Positions 32,162 to 43,358 are shown, numbered from the stretch's first letter. The stretch: DNA of 64,000 bases from Candidatus Marinacidobacterium sp. (GCA_965204755.1 OZ242011.1:3456001-3520000); one strand, 5' to 3'. The notes: generated by a model not told the origin, from the sequence alone. Numbers and translations: made by a program.

Positions 32162-32991
32162 CGCCCGGGAACGGCCGCGCCGGAGGCGGTCAGGACTTCC
32201 GTTCCCGGCGGGATGCGGAAGGTGAAGAGGCGGTCGTCGGGCGGGTCGCCGACCCGGAAGTCGGAGAACCGGAACTCGGTGCGGTTGCCTTCGAGATCCT
32301 CGGAAGCGATCCCGCGAATCCGCCCGCTCTCCGGCTCGACGAGGAGCGTCAGGGCGCTCGGGCCGCCGTCCGGGCGCCTGGCGGTCAGCGCGACCGCCCG
32401 AAATCCGTCCTCGTCGGGCGCGATTTCGGCCTCGAAGAAGTCCGTGATCCGGGCGGCGCCGCTGAGGAAGTCCAGCGGGTTCGGCGGGAGTTCCCCGTCC
32501 TCCGGCCCGTTCCCGTCCGGCCCGTTCCGTTCGGGGGCGAACGCGCCGACCACGACCTGCCGGTCCGCCGGCACATGGAACCAGGTGTTCGTCCCGTCGC
32601 TCACGAAGACCTTCGGCTCCGGGGTCTCGTAGTCGAAGCGCATCCGGCCCGGCCGGAGGATCGTCAGCCGGCCGCTCTCCACGCGCTCCCGCCCGAAGAT
32701 CCGGGGCTGGAAGCGCTGTTCGAACCGCGCCTCGAAGTGGGGATGGGCCCGGCTCCAACTCTCGATCCGCTCCACCAGCCGCGCCGCCTCCGGGTCGGTT
32801 GCGGCGCCGGACTCGGGTCCCGCCGCGGCGTCGACGCCGGCGAGGGTGGCGAAGAAGACGAGGAGCGCCGCGACGAACGGCGCGACAACCCGTGTGACAG
32901 CCCGCCCGAAAACCCGGGTGACAACCCCCGCGACAACCCCCGCGACAACCCCCGCGACAACCCCCGCGGCAGGGCCTCGCTCGGTTCTCAT
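32158..32991 (-). CDS. lolA: Outer membrane lipoprotein carrier LolA family
   Basis: ARFEQ, SGRLTILRPGRMRFDY, FVSDG, LFTFRIPPG; GGAGGAG RBS. Confidence 0.82.
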   Translation of the reverse strand: MRTERGPAAGVVAGVVAGVVAGVVTRVFGRAVTRVVAPFVAALLVFFATLAGVDAAAGPESGAATDPEAARLVERIESWSRAHPHFEARFEQRFQPRIFGRERVESGRLTILRPGRMRFDYETPEPKVFVSDGTNTWFHVPADRQVVVGAFAPERNGPDGNGPEDGELPPNPLDFLSGAARITDFFEAEIAPDEDGFRAVALTARRPDGGPSALTLLVEPESGRIRGIASEDLEGNRTEFRFSDFRVGDPPDDRLFTFRIPPGTEVLTASGAAVPGR

Positions 32992-33071
32992 CGCAGCGCT
33001 CCTCCGGCCGGTCGGCTCGTGGTTCCGCATGGGGTCTCCCGGAGTCCCGCCCCGCACTCCGGCGGCGGCGG

Positions 33072-33144
33072 TGGACGGCACGGGGATCGAACCCGTGACC
33101 TCGGCATTGCGAACGCCGCGCTCTCCCGGCTGAGCTAGCCGCCC
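33072..33144 (-). tRNA. tRNA-Ala (anticodon CGC)
   Basis: Acceptor GGGCGGC/GCCGTCC with G3:U70, D-arm TAGCTCAG, anticodon loop TT-CGC-AA, GGTTCGATC T-loop; CCA not encoded (CCG follows). Confidence 0.93.
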
Positions 33145-33391
33145 GCCCGCCTGCTGCGGAGGCCGGGCATCCTAGCAAGCCCGCGGAGAGAGCGCCCCGC
33201 CGTCCCCTGCTCGATCGAAAGGCGGGAAGTCCCCCGTCCGGTTTCCCGGCGGGGCGCTCTCCCCACGGGCCGGCGATGCGAATCGCTGCGCGATTCCCCC
33301 GCCATCTCTCGCGGGGAGGGGGAACCCTCCCCGCGCCCCTCCCCCGGCGCTTCGCGCCGAAGGGCGCTCCCCGGACCGTCTCCGCGCGCCG

Positions 33392-34507
33392 TCAACTCGC
33401 GGCGCCCTCTTCCGCCGCCCCGGCGGGCGCGGCGAGGAGCGCCCGGAGCGCGTGGTCGGCCAGCACCAGCCGCGCCATCGCCTCCACGATGGGGACGGCG
33501 CGGGGGAGGACGCAGGGGTCGTGGCGGCCCTTGGCCGCGAGGGTGACCTCGCGGCCCCCCGAATCCACCGTCCGCTGCTCCCGGGCGATCGTCGAAGTCG
33601 GCTTGAAGGCCACCCGGAACCGGATCGGCATCCCGGTGGAGATGCCGCCCAGGACGCCGCCGGCGCGGTTCGTCTCCGAGACCACCCGGTCCCCTTCCAT
33701 CCTCAGCGGGTCGTTGTGCTCGCTCCCGAAGAGCGCCGTCCCGGCGAACCCCGAACCGATCTCGAAGCCCTTCGCGGCGTTGATCGCCAGCATCGCCCCG
33801 GCGAGGCCGCTCTCGAGTTTGTCGAACACCGGCTCGCCGAGCCCGGCGGGGACGCCGACCGCCACGCACTCGACGACGCCTCCCACGGAGTCCCCGGCGG
33901 CTTTCGCTTCGGTGATCAGCGCCTCCATCTTCGCCGCCGCCTCCGGGTCCGGGCAGCGGACCGCCGTCCGGTCCACGGCCTCGCGGGTGACTTCTTCCGC
34001 CGGGAGGGGGGCCGCTTCGATGTCCTTCACCCGCTGGACGAAGGCGGTCACCCGGATGCCGCGGCGCTCCCGGAGGAAGATTCCGGCCAGCGCGCCGGCG
34101 GCCACATGCGCGGCGGTGACCCGCGCCGAGGAGCGGCCGCCGCCCCGGTGGTCGCGGATCCCGTACTTGGCGGCGAAGGTGAAGTCGGCGTGGCCGGGCC
34201 GGTACACCGACCGGAGCGGGTCGTAGTCGGCGGGGCGGGCGTCCCGGTTCCGGACCAGCATCGCCACCGGGTGCCCGGTGGTCCGGCCTTCGTGGACGCC
34301 GGAGAGGATCTCCACCCGGTCCGGCTCCGAGCGGGGAGTGGTCAGCGCGCTCTGTCCGGGCCGCCGCCGGTCGAGTTCCGCCTGGATGCCCGCTTCGCCG
34401 ACGGGCAGGAGCTGCGGGCAGCCGTCCACCACAACCCCGATCGCCGGGCCGTGCGACTCCCCGAAGGCGGTGACCCGGAAGGCCTGGCCCAGCGCGCTAC
34501 CGGGCAT
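33392..34507 (-). CDS. aroC: Chorismate synthase
   Basis: [31 protein letters not shown]. Confidence 0.97.
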   Translation of the reverse strand: MPGSALGQAFRVTAFGESHGPAIGVVVDGCPQLLPVGEAGIQAELDRRRPGQSALTTPRSEPDRVEILSGVHEGRTTGHPVAMLVRNRDARPADYDPLRSVYRPGHADFTFAAKYGIRDHRGGGRSSARVTAAHVAAGALAGIFLRERRGIRVTAFVQRVKDIEAAPLPAEEVTREAVDRTAVRCPDPEAAAKMEALITEAKAAGDSVGGVVECVAVGVPAGLGEPVFDKLESGLAGAMLAINAAKGFEIGSGFAGTALFGSEHNDPLRMEGDRVVSETNRAGGVLGGISTGMPIRFRVAFKPTSTIAREQRTVDSGGREVTLAAKGRHDPCVLPRAVPIVEAMARLVLADHALRALLAAPAGAAEEGAAS

Positions 34508-36647
34508 CGTCCGCCCTCTCCGCCGCCCCGGCCATCACCTCGAGCGGCGCCGGCCTTCCCGTCCAGCGGGTGAAGGCCGCCGCGCCCTGGAGGACGAGCA
34601 TCCGGAGGCCGGAGACTTCGCGTTTGCCCGCCGCGGCGGCGAGTTCGAGCAGCGGGGTGCGCCGGGGATGGAAGACCAGGTCGAAGACGACCTCGTGCGC
34701 GGCGACGACCTCGGCGGAGGCCGGCGACTTCCCTTCGGCGGGCCCGCCGGCCATGCCCACCGGCGTCGCGTTCACCAGCAGGTCGGCGGAGGCGCCGCGC
34801 AGCCGGTCGAGCGGGGCCCACCCGGCGCCGAACCGGGCGGCGCAGGCGGCGCCCCGCGCTTCGTCCCGCGCGAACACCGTGGCCTCGGCCCCGGAGCGGC
34901 GGAGGCCGTGGAGGACGGCGCGCGCGGATCCGCCGGCGCCGATCACGCTCGCCCGCTTCCCGGCGAGCGGCTCGCCGAGCGCTTCTTCGAGGGCCCGGGC
35001 GGCGCCGATCCAGTCGGTGTTCGCCCCGAGAAGTCCATCGTCCGTCGGGAGGATCGTATTCACCGCGCCGATCCGGGCCGCGTCCTCGTCGAGCGCGTCG
35101 AGCAGCGGGACCGCCGCCTCCTTGTGGGGAATCGTCAGGTTCAGGCCGGCGGCGCCGGCGAGGCGCGCCGCCGCGAGGAACGCCGCCAGGTCCTCCGGGG
35201 GGACCTCGAACGGCAGGTAGGCGGCCTCCATCCCGAGATGGCGGAACGCGGCCTCGTGCATCGCCGGGCTGAGGCTCTGCGCCACCGGGAAGCCGACGAC
35301 GCCGTGGACCGGCGCCGGGGAGGCGAGTTTCGCGCCCCACCGGCGGTGCCGGGCGCGGATGCGGGCGGAGTCCGACTGGCCGGGCGCGGTCTCCGGCCAC
35401 CCGGCCGGGGGTGAGTAGGTCGAAAAGCGGGCCCCGGCGGCGCGGGCGGTGACGCGCAGCGCCTCCCCGGCTTCGCCCATGGCGACGGCGACCAGCGGCG
35501 GGAGGCGGTCGTCCGCGCGCCGCTCCGCCGCGTGGGAGCGGATCCTCCGGTGGAGGGCGGCCGTCTCCGCGAAATCCCGGACGCGGACGGCGACCTTCAC
35601 CAGGTCGGGGCGCATGGCGGCGAGGCGGCTCGGCTGCGTCTCCGGGTCCTCCGGCGCTTCGTCGAACCAGTGCCGGGAGGCGATGAGGCGGACCTCGGGC
35701 CGGGCTTGGCGCGCCCGTTCGGAGATCCGGGGGGAGGCCCGCCGGTCCGCTTCCGCCTCGATGTCGAGCCAGCCGGCGCCGAGGCGGGCGGCCTCGACCA
35801 GCAGGCGGATCCGGGCCGCTTCGTCCCCGCGGAACGACCCGCCCTCTTCGCGCGGCCGCGCGGTGGCGATCAGCCGGTCGAGCGCCGCCGCGGGCAGGGC
35901 GCCGAGGACGGCGCGGACGGACTCCAAGTCGGGCCGGTCGGGCCGGTCGAGCGCGTCGAGCCGCCACTCCAGCAGGTCGTCCGGCCCGGCCTCCGCCCAT
36001 GCGGCGAGCAGCCCGGCCGCGGCCCGCTCCGGGGCGGGGGCGGCGACGGAGAGGGCGATGCCGGGGCCGAAGTGCGCGGCGCGGAGGGCGTCGGCGGCGA
36101 GCCGGGGGGCCGGTTCCTCCCCGGCGCCGGGTGCGGCGCTCCAGATGTCCCGGTCGGCGACGCTCCGGTAGAGCGGCGCCCGCCGTTCCAGGATGCGGGC
36201 GGCTTCGCCTGCCGGGTCGGCGTCCGCGGCGCCGGGGAGCAGCGGCGGACGGCGGGAGCGGTGCTTCGGGCGGGCGAGGCGGCTCTCCAGGACGACGAGC
36301 GGCGCGCGTACCCAGTACGCGGTTCCCAGGCGGCGGAGCGCCTCCCGGTTCTCCCGCCGCTCGACCACGCCGCCGCCGCAGTCCACCACCAGCCGCTCGC
36401 CGGCGATCGAGGCGAGGACGCGGCTCTCCTCGTCGCGGAACGCCTCCCAACCGCGCCGGGCCACGAACTCCGGGATCGGGCCGTGGGCCTCCTCGAACCG
36501 CTCGTCGGTGCTGACGCGCGTCCAGCCGGTGTCCTCGGCGAACTGGCGGGAAGCGCGGCTCTTGCCGGAGGCCCGCGCGCCGACCAGGACGATGTTGGGC
36601 CACCGGCCCGGGCGGATCGGCGGGACCCGGGGGTCGGCGGCGCTCAC
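34497..36647 (-). CDS. Trifunctional shikimate kinase / type I 3-dehydroquinate dehydratase / shikimate dehydrogenase (AroK-AroD-AroE)
   Basis: GARASGKS and CGGGVV (AroK); EWRLD, REEGG, KVAV, APGQ (AroD); SLSPAMH, TIPHK, GAVNT, NTD, GAGGSA (AroE) in one frame. Confidence 0.88.
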   Translation of the reverse strand: MSAADPRVPPIRPGRWPNIVLVGARASGKSRASRQFAEDTGWTRVSTDERFEEAHGPIPEFVARRGWEAFRDEESRVLASIAGERLVVDCGGGVVERRENREALRRLGTAYWVRAPLVVLESRLARPKHRSRRPPLLPGAADADPAGEAARILERRAPLYRSVADRDIWSAAPGAGEEPAPRLAADALRAAHFGPGIALSVAAPAPERAAAGLLAAWAEAGPDDLLEWRLDALDRPDRPDLESVRAVLGALPAAALDRLIATARPREEGGSFRGDEAARIRLLVEAARLGAGWLDIEAEADRRASPRISERARQARPEVRLIASRHWFDEAPEDPETQPSRLAAMRPDLVKVAVRVRDFAETAALHRRIRSHAAERRADDRLPPLVAVAMGEAGEALRVTARAAGARFSTYSPPAGWPETAPGQSDSARIRARHRRWGAKLASPAPVHGVVGFPVAQSLSPAMHEAAFRHLGMEAAYLPFEVPPEDLAAFLAAARLAGAAGLNLTIPHKEAAVPLLDALDEDAARIGAVNTILPTDDGLLGANTDWIGAARALEEALGEPLAGKRASVIGAGGSARAVLHGLRRSGAEATVFARDEARGAACAARFGAGWAPLDRLRGASADLLVNATPVGMAGGPAEGKSPASAEVVAAHEVVFDLVFHPRRTPLLELAAAAGKREVSGLRMLVLQGAAAFTRWTGRPAPLEVMAGAAERADDAR

Positions 36648-38098
36648 GGGGCTTCGACCGGGCGGACGCGGACGCCGAGTCCGGCGACCTCGTCCCAGAA
36701 GGCCGGGAAGGACTTGGCCACGACTCCCGGCGAGAGCACCCGCACTCCTCCCGGGCGGCGGAGGCCGGCGAGGGCGAAGGCCATGGCGATCCGGTGGTCC
36801 CCGTCCGGGTCGAAGACCGGCGGGGCGCTCCGGTCGGTCGGCGGGTCGGACGGATGGATCGTCAGCGCGCCCCCGCCGAACTCCGTCCGGGCGCCCAGCG
36901 CGGCGAGCCCCCGGCGGAGCGCGGCGATCCGGTCGCTCTCCTTGTGGCGCAGGTGCTCCACCCCGTGGAGCCGGGTCGGCCCGGAGGCGAAGGCGGCGAC
37001 GACGGCGAGCGTCGGCGCGGAGTCGGGCATCCGGGCGCAGTCCGCCTCGATCCCCCGGAGCCCGGCGGCGGCGCCCTCCACCTCGACTTCGAAGCCGGCC
37101 TCCGGGCCGTCGGGGCCGTCCCGCTCCTCCACCCGGCAGCCCATCCGGCGCAGGGTCTCCGGGAACTCGCGCTCGCCGGCGCCCGGCGCCCCGTCGAGGC
37201 CGAGCGCCCGCACCCGGCCGGGGGCGAGGGCCGCCGCCGCGAACAGGTAGGAGGCGCTCGCCCAGTCGCCGGACACCCGGCTCGCGCCGGGCCGGAAGCG
37301 GGTCCCGGCGGGGACGAAGAGGCGGCGCCCGCCATGCGGACCGCCGCGCCGTTCGACCGTCGCGCCGCACCGCGCCATGACCGAGAGGGTCAGGTCGAGG
37401 TAGGACGCGGAGACCGGCTCGCTCCCGAGTTCGATTTCCAGGGCCCCCAGCGCGCGCCCGGCGGCGATGAGCAGGGCGCTCGCGAACTGGCTGGTCTCGT
37501 GGGTCGGGAGATGCGCGCGTCCGCCCCGGAGCCCGCCGCCGGGTTCCCCGGACCGGACGGTGAGCGGGACGCTGCCGCCGCCCTCGGCGCGGACGACCGC
37601 GCCCAGCGAGACCAGGGCGCGGACGAGCCCCCCGAGCGGGCGTTCGGGGAGCCGCCCCCGTCCGACGATCCGCACCGGGGTCGGGGAAGTGGCCGCGGCG
37701 GCGGTGAGGAACCGGAGGAGCGTTCCCGATTCGCCGACATCGGCGAGGGCGGGTTCGGGGAGGGCGGGTTCGGGGAGGGCGGGTTCGGCGAGGGCGGGCG
37801 CGGCGGCTTCCGGGGCCGCGCGTTCGGGGGCGGGAAGTCCGCGGACGCGGATCCCGCCGTCCGATTCGGTCGTCTCCGCGCCGAGCGCGCGGACGGCGGC
37901 GACGGCCGCGCGGATGTCCTCGCCCTCCGGCGCTCCGAGGATCCGCCGCTCGCCGTCGGTGAGCGCGGCGATCGCGAGCAGGCGGTTCGCCTCGTACTTG
38001 CTGCCGGGGGGCCGGACGACGGCGGAGACCGGACGCCGGGGCGGGGAGACCTCCACGGCTCCGGGGAAGGCCCGGGCCGGCCGGGAGGAGACGGTCAC
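36644..38098 (-). CDS. aroA: EPSP synthase
   Basis: PGSKY..NR, GESGTLLRF, SQFAS, KESDRI, DHRIAMAF. Confidence 0.93.
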   Translation of the reverse strand: MTVSSRPARAFPGAVEVSPPRRPVSAVVRPPGSKYEANRLLAIAALTDGERRILGAPEGEDIRAAVAAVRALGAETTESDGGIRVRGLPAPERAAPEAAAPALAEPALPEPALPEPALADVGESGTLLRFLTAAAATSPTPVRIVGRGRLPERPLGGLVRALVSLGAVVRAEGGGSVPLTVRSGEPGGGLRGGRAHLPTHETSQFASALLIAAGRALGALEIELGSEPVSASYLDLTLSVMARCGATVERRGGPHGGRRLFVPAGTRFRPGASRVSGDWASASYLFAAAALAPGRVRALGLDGAPGAGEREFPETLRRMGCRVEERDGPDGPEAGFEVEVEGAAAGLRGIEADCARMPDSAPTLAVVAAFASGPTRLHGVEHLRHKESDRIAALRRGLAALGARTEFGGGALTIHPSDPPTDRSAPPVFDPDGDHRIAMAFALAGLRRPGGVRVLSPGVVAKSFPAFWDEVAGLGVRVRPVEAP

Positions 38099-38173
38099 CG
38101 CCGGGTCCCCCGGAGGGTTCGCGGGCGTTCGATCCCGAGCCGGGCGCCCGCTCCGGGCCGCGCGGGTCGAGCC

Positions 38174-38738
38174 GAATTGTGTATAGCTCGATCCGGCGCG
38201 GACGAATTGTGTATAGGTGAATTGTGTATAGGTGCGCTGAATTGTGTATAGCTGCGCCGAATTGTGTATAGCTGGGCCTCCTGCGCCCGATGGGGGTCGA
38301 TCCGACGCCTCCGGGAGGCGGGATCGGGCGCGTACGGGGGCGGGGAACCGGGCCGCGGGGCGTCGTACGGGCGTCCCGGGGCGCGTACGGCAGGGTTACG
38401 GGGCGCGGAAGGGCGCGAAGCCGGATCGCGCGGCGCCGGGCCGCGCGGAGCGGAATTGTGTATAGGCGGCCCGTCCGGGGCCGGAATTGTGTATAGGTGA
38501 GCCGCCCGGAAGCGGAATTGTGTATAGGTGAGCCGCCCGGAAGCGGAATTGTGTATAGCTGAGCCGGACGGAGCGGAATTGTGTATAGCTGAGCCGGACG
38601 GAGGGGAATTGTGTATAGCTGGGCCGAACGGGGCGGAATTGTGTATAGGTGGGCCGGACGGAGGGGAATTGTGTATAGGTGAGCCGGACGGAGCGGAATT
38701 GTGTATAGCTGAGCGGCGCGCAGCGGAATCGCGTACGG
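38174..38738. repeat. Array of 14 exact GAATTGTGTATAG motifs plus degenerate copies
   Basis: Starts at 38174, 38204, 38219, 38239, 38259, 38453, 38484, 38515, 38546, 38576, 38606, 38636, 38666, 38696; degenerate GAATCGCGTACGG at 38726. Confidence 0.95.
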
Positions 38739-38807
38739 CCGGCGCGGAGAGCGGGGTCGCTCGCGGCGGGGTTCGGGGCGGGGGCGGCGCCGGGGCGCTT
38801 CGGCCGC

Positions 38808-39917
38808 TCACAGCCCGATCTCCTCCAGGCCGGCGGACGCGGCGGACTCCGGCATCGGGTGGGAGTAGCGCGTCTCCCCGGACTCGCCCCGGCGGCGGAC
38901 CCGGCCGATGTCTTCCAGCGTCACGAAGCGGGCTTCGCCGCCGACGGTCTTCTTGTCGCTGCCCATCGCCCGGAGGACCGCCTCCCGCGCCAGGTCGGAC
39001 GGGGCGCGCCGCGGGAGCCCGAAAGCGCCGAGCAGCGCCGTGAGCCGGGACTCCGCCTCTTCGCCGAGGCGGCCCGCCGCCCGCGCCATCCGGGACTCCG
39101 CGACCATCCCGATCGCCACCGCCGCCCCGTGCGCGAGGCGGTAGCCGCTCGCGCTCTCCAGCCCGTGGCCCACGGTGTGGCCGAAGTTCAGCACCTGGCG
39201 GAGCCCGGCCTCCCGCTCGTCGCGCGCGACCACCGACGCCTTCAGCCGGACGCTCAGGGCGATCGTCCGGGCCACCGCCTCCGGGTCCCGGGCCGCGACC
39301 GCCTCCCGCGCCTCTTCGAGGAACGAGAACGCGGAGGCGTCCAGCGTCGCCGCGATCTTCACCGCCTCGGCCAACCCGTTCCGGAACTCCGCCGCCGGGA
39401 GCGTGGCGAGGAACCGGGTGTCCGCGAGCACCGCCGCCGGGGGGTGGACCGCGCCGACGAGGTTCTTCCCCCGCGCCGTGTTCAGCCCGGTCTTGCCGCC
39501 GACGGAGGCGTCCACCGCGGCGAGCAGGGTCGTCGGGACCGCGACGAACGGCACGCCGCGCAGGTAGGTCGCCGCCGCGAACCCGGCGAGGTCGGTGGTC
39601 ACCCCGCCGCCGAAGGCGACGACCACGGTGTCCCGCCCGAACCGCCGGGCGAGGAACTCGTCCTCGATCCGCTCCTTCTCGGCCCGCGTCTTGTTCCCCT
39701 CCCCGGGGGCGAGCCGGAGCACCGGCGCTCCCGCCGGCAGCGCCCCGGCGAGCGTCCGCCCGTGGAGGCGCTCCGCCTCGGCGTCCGCCACCGCGGCGAC
39801 CGCCCGCCCCGGGAACCGTTCGGCCAGGAGCCGGGGCAGGGCATCGAGGGCGCCCTCGCCCACCAGCACCCGGTAGTCCGCCCGGCGGCCGGGAACCGCC
39901 ACCGGGACTTCGGCCAC
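38808..39917 (-). CDS. aroB: 3-dehydroquinate synthase (start uncertain, alternative 40016)
   Basis: GEGNK, GGGVTTDLAGF, PTTLLAAVDASVGGKT, LNFGHTVGH, HGAAV, DKK. Confidence 0.93.
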   Translation of the reverse strand: MAEVPVAVPGRRADYRVLVGEGALDALPRLLAERFPGRAVAAVADAEAERLHGRTLAGALPAGAPVLRLAPGEGNKTRAEKERIEDEFLARRFGRDTVVVAFGGGVTTDLAGFAAATYLRGVPFVAVPTTLLAAVDASVGGKTGLNTARGKNLVGAVHPPAAVLADTRFLATLPAAEFRNGLAEAVKIAATLDASAFSFLEEAREAVAARDPEAVARTIALSVRLKASVVARDEREAGLRQVLNFGHTVGHGLESASGYRLAHGAAVAIGMVAESRMARAAGRLGEEAESRLTALLGAFGLPRRAPSDLAREAVLRAMGSDKKTVGGEARFVTLEDIGRVRRRGESGETRYSHPMPESAASAGLEEIGL

Positions 39918-40042
39918 CCGCCGGGCCGCCCCTCCCCCCGACCATCCCCCCGACCATCCTCCCGACCCCGGAGCGGCGGCCGCCTTCCCGCCCGCCGTCG
40001 GGCCGGCGCCCGTCACCCCCCGAAGCCGGCCGCGCCGAACGG

Positions 40043-41128
40043 TCAGGCCGCCGGTCGGCCCTCCGCCGAAGCGCCGTCCCCCGCCGGCAGCAACCGCCGG
40101 CCGAGCGCGGCCCCCAGCGACCGCAACTCGTCCAGCAGCACCGCGAACTGGTCCGGGTAGAGCGACTGGTCGCCGTCGCTGAGCGCCGCCGCCGGGTCGG
40201 GGTGCACCTCGACCAGCAGCCCGTCGGCGCCGGCGGCGAGCGCGGCCCGCGAGAGCGCCGGCACCAGCGTCTTGTTCCCGGCGCTGTGGCTCGGGTCGGC
40301 GATGACCGGCAGGTGGGTCTCCTGCTTCAGCACCGCGATCGCCCCGACATCGAGCGTGTTCCGGTACGCCGTCTCGAACGACCGGATCCCCCGCTCGCAG
40401 AGGATCACATTCGGGTTCCCCTGGAGGATGTACTCGGCGGCGAGCAGGAACTCCCGGATGGTGTTCGACATCCCGCGCTTCAGGATCACCGGCGTCTCCA
40501 CCCGCGCGAACTCCTTGAGCAGGTCGAAGTTCTGCATGTTCCGGGCGCCGATCCTCAGCACATCCACGAGGCCCGAAGCCGGGGCCACATCGCGCACATC
40601 CATGATCTCGGTCTCGACCAGGACGCCGGTCCCTTCCCGGATGCGGGCCAGGATCTCGAGACCCTCCCGCCCGAGCCCCTGGAAGGAATACGGCGAAGTG
40701 CGGGGCTTGTAGGCGGAGGCGCGCATGACTTCGAGCCCCAGCCGCCGGATCATCCGGGCGGACTCGAAGCCCTGCTCCTCGCTCTCGAGCGCGCAGGGCC
40801 CGCCGAAGACCACGAAGTCGTCGCTGCCGAGCGCCTGCCCGCCGATCGGGATCCGGGTGCTCGACTTCCGGTGGGTCTTGTTCGCGAGGCGGTAGGGCTT
40901 CGCCAGCCCGTACACCTGCTCGACGCCCGGCAGCGTGCGCCAGGCGGCTTCCGTCTCCTGCGAGAGGTCGCCGAGCACATGGATCTGCGTCCGCACCTGC
41001 CCCCGGTGGATCGCCCGGTCGAGCGCCTTGTCCTCGATGTGCCGGACCAGGTTCTCGATGTCCCCGGCCTCCGCCCACGGGTGGAGGATGAGCACCATGG
41101 TGGCGGGCTCGCGGGTCTTGTCGCTCAT
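40043..41128 (-). CDS. aroF: DAHP synthase type I-beta with N-terminal regulatory domain
   Basis: GPCALES, KPRTSPYSFQGLG, IGARNMQN, LKRG, CERG, DPSH, SDGDQS. Confidence 0.92.
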   Translation of the reverse strand: MSDKTREPATMVLILHPWAEAGDIENLVRHIEDKALDRAIHRGQVRTQIHVLGDLSQETEAAWRTLPGVEQVYGLAKPYRLANKTHRKSSTRIPIGGQALGSDDFVVFGGPCALESEEQGFESARMIRRLGLEVMRASAYKPRTSPYSFQGLGREGLEILARIREGTGVLVETEIMDVRDVAPASGLVDVLRIGARNMQNFDLLKEFARVETPVILKRGMSNTIREFLLAAEYILQGNPNVILCERGIRSFETAYRNTLDVGAIAVLKQETHLPVIADPSHSAGNKTLVPALSRAALAAGADGLLVEVHPDPAAALSDGDQSLYPDQFAVLLDELRSLGAALGRRLLPAGDGASAEGRPAA

Positions 41129-41137
41129 GCGGGGTGG

Positions 41138-41733
<596 letters not shown>

Positions 41734-41737
<4 letters not shown>

Positions 41738-43269
41738 GGCGCGCCGCCCCGCGCCGGGGAGGGGCCGGCCCGCGAATGCGCCATCGAGAGCGCCGACCGG
41801 ACGGCCTCCGCCTTGTTGACGCTCTCGTCGTATTCCGCTTCCGGCTCGGAGTCGGCGACCACCCCGCCGCCGGCCTGGAAGTAGCCCCTGCCGTCCTTGG
41901 CCACCAGCGTCCGGATGGCGATGGCGGTGTCCGAAGCCCCGCCGTAGGAGAAGTAGCCGACCGCGCCGCCGTACACCCCGCGCCGCTCGCTCTCCATCTC
42001 CTCGATGATCTCCATCGCCCGGATCTTGGGGGCGCCGGAGAGCGTGCCCGCCGGGAAGGTGGCGCGCAGGGCGTCGAAGGCGTCGAGTTCCGGCCGCAGC
42101 CGCCCGCGCACCCGCGAGACCAGGTGCATCACATGCGAGTACCGCTCGACGCTCATGAAGTCCTCGACCTCCACTTCGCCGAACCCGCAGACCCGGCCGA
42201 GGTCGTTCCGCGCCAGGTCCACCAGCATCAGGTGCTCCGCCCGCTCCTTCTCGTCGGCCAGCAGTTCGGAGGCGAGGGCGGCGTCTTCCTCTTCGCTCCG
42301 CCCCCGGCGGCGGGTCCCGGCGATGGGCCGGGTCTCCACCCTCCGCCCCCCGGTGCGGGTCATCATCTCCGGCGAAGCCCCGGCGACCGTGAAGGCGCCG
42401 AAATCCAGGTAGTACATGTAGGGGGAGGGGTTCACCACCCGCAGCGCGCGGTAGAAGTCGAAGGGGTGGACGGTCAACTCCGTCGAGAACCGCTGGGAGG
42501 GGACGACCTGGATCACATCCCCGGCGGCCAGGTAGTCCTTGCACCGCCGGACGATCTCCAGGTACTCCTCGCGGGTGGTGTTCGACGCCACCGGGGGCAG
42601 GGGCGGCGCCTCCCCGTCGGCCTCCGCCGGCGGGCGCGGGAGGGGGCGGGAGAGGTCGGCGACCACGCCGGAGATCCGCGCCACCGCTTCGTCGTACGCC
42701 GCGTCCGCCTCCTCCGGCGAGCGGATCCGGGCGTTGGCGATCACCTGGATCACATTGCGGGCGTGGTCGAACGCCAGCACCGTGTCCGTGAGCAGGAACA
42801 TCGAGTCCGGGAGGCCCAGCGGGTCGGCGACGGTCTCCGGCAGCCGCTCGAACCGGCGGACGGCGTCGTAGGCCAGGTAGCCGACGAGGCCGCCGTGGAA
42901 CGGCGGGAGCCCGTCCCCGGGCGCCGGGACGAGTCCGGCGAGTTCCTCCCGGAGCGCCTCCAGCGGGTCGGCGCGTTCGAAGGTCTCGGTTCGGCCGTCG
43001 TCGTACCGGCGGCGGGTCACCCGGTCGCCCCGGCTCGACAGGCTCAGCAGCGGCTTCCCGCCGAGGAAGGAGTAGCGCGCCACGCTCTCGCCGCCTTCCA
43101 CCGACTCCATCAGGAACGCCGGGCCGGAGTCGGCGCCGGCGCCCGGCCGGCAGACGCGCAGGAAGGTCGAGACCGGGGTGTCGAGGTCCGCCAGGATCTC
43201 CCGGCGCACCGGGATCAGGTTCGCCTGCCCGGCGAGGGCCCGGAACTCGGAGCGCGAAGGGGAATGCAA
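41734..43269 (-). CDS. trpE: Anthranilate synthase component I
   Basis: LMESVEGG, NPSPYMYY, PIAGTR, EHLMLVDLARND, GTLSGAPK. Confidence 0.88.
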
Positions 43270-43358
43270 CCGGGGCCGGGGGGCGGAAGGCGGGGCAGTC
43301 TATCGGGCGGGCGGGGCGGTTCGGCGCCGCGCGCGGGAGGCGCTAGGCTCGCGCCGCG

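Noticed and set aside
29661-33144. Genomic island integrated at tRNA-Ala
   Set aside because: No integrase or duplicated tRNA 3' end seen; lolA and the secretin have host-like codon usage.
38452-38460. lac operator similarity (GGAATTGTG)
   Set aside because: Only the first part of a half-site matches and there is no dyad; treated as coincidence, not vector contamination.
38174-38738. CRISPR array
   Set aside because: The repeat is only 13 bp, most linkers are 2-18 bp and similar to each other, and no cas genes are in the window.
38528-39043. Repeat protein (AELCIAEPDG)n, or antisense (IHNSAPSG)n
   Set aside because: 20- and 31-bp units shift frame across the array, and the ORFs overlap aroB.
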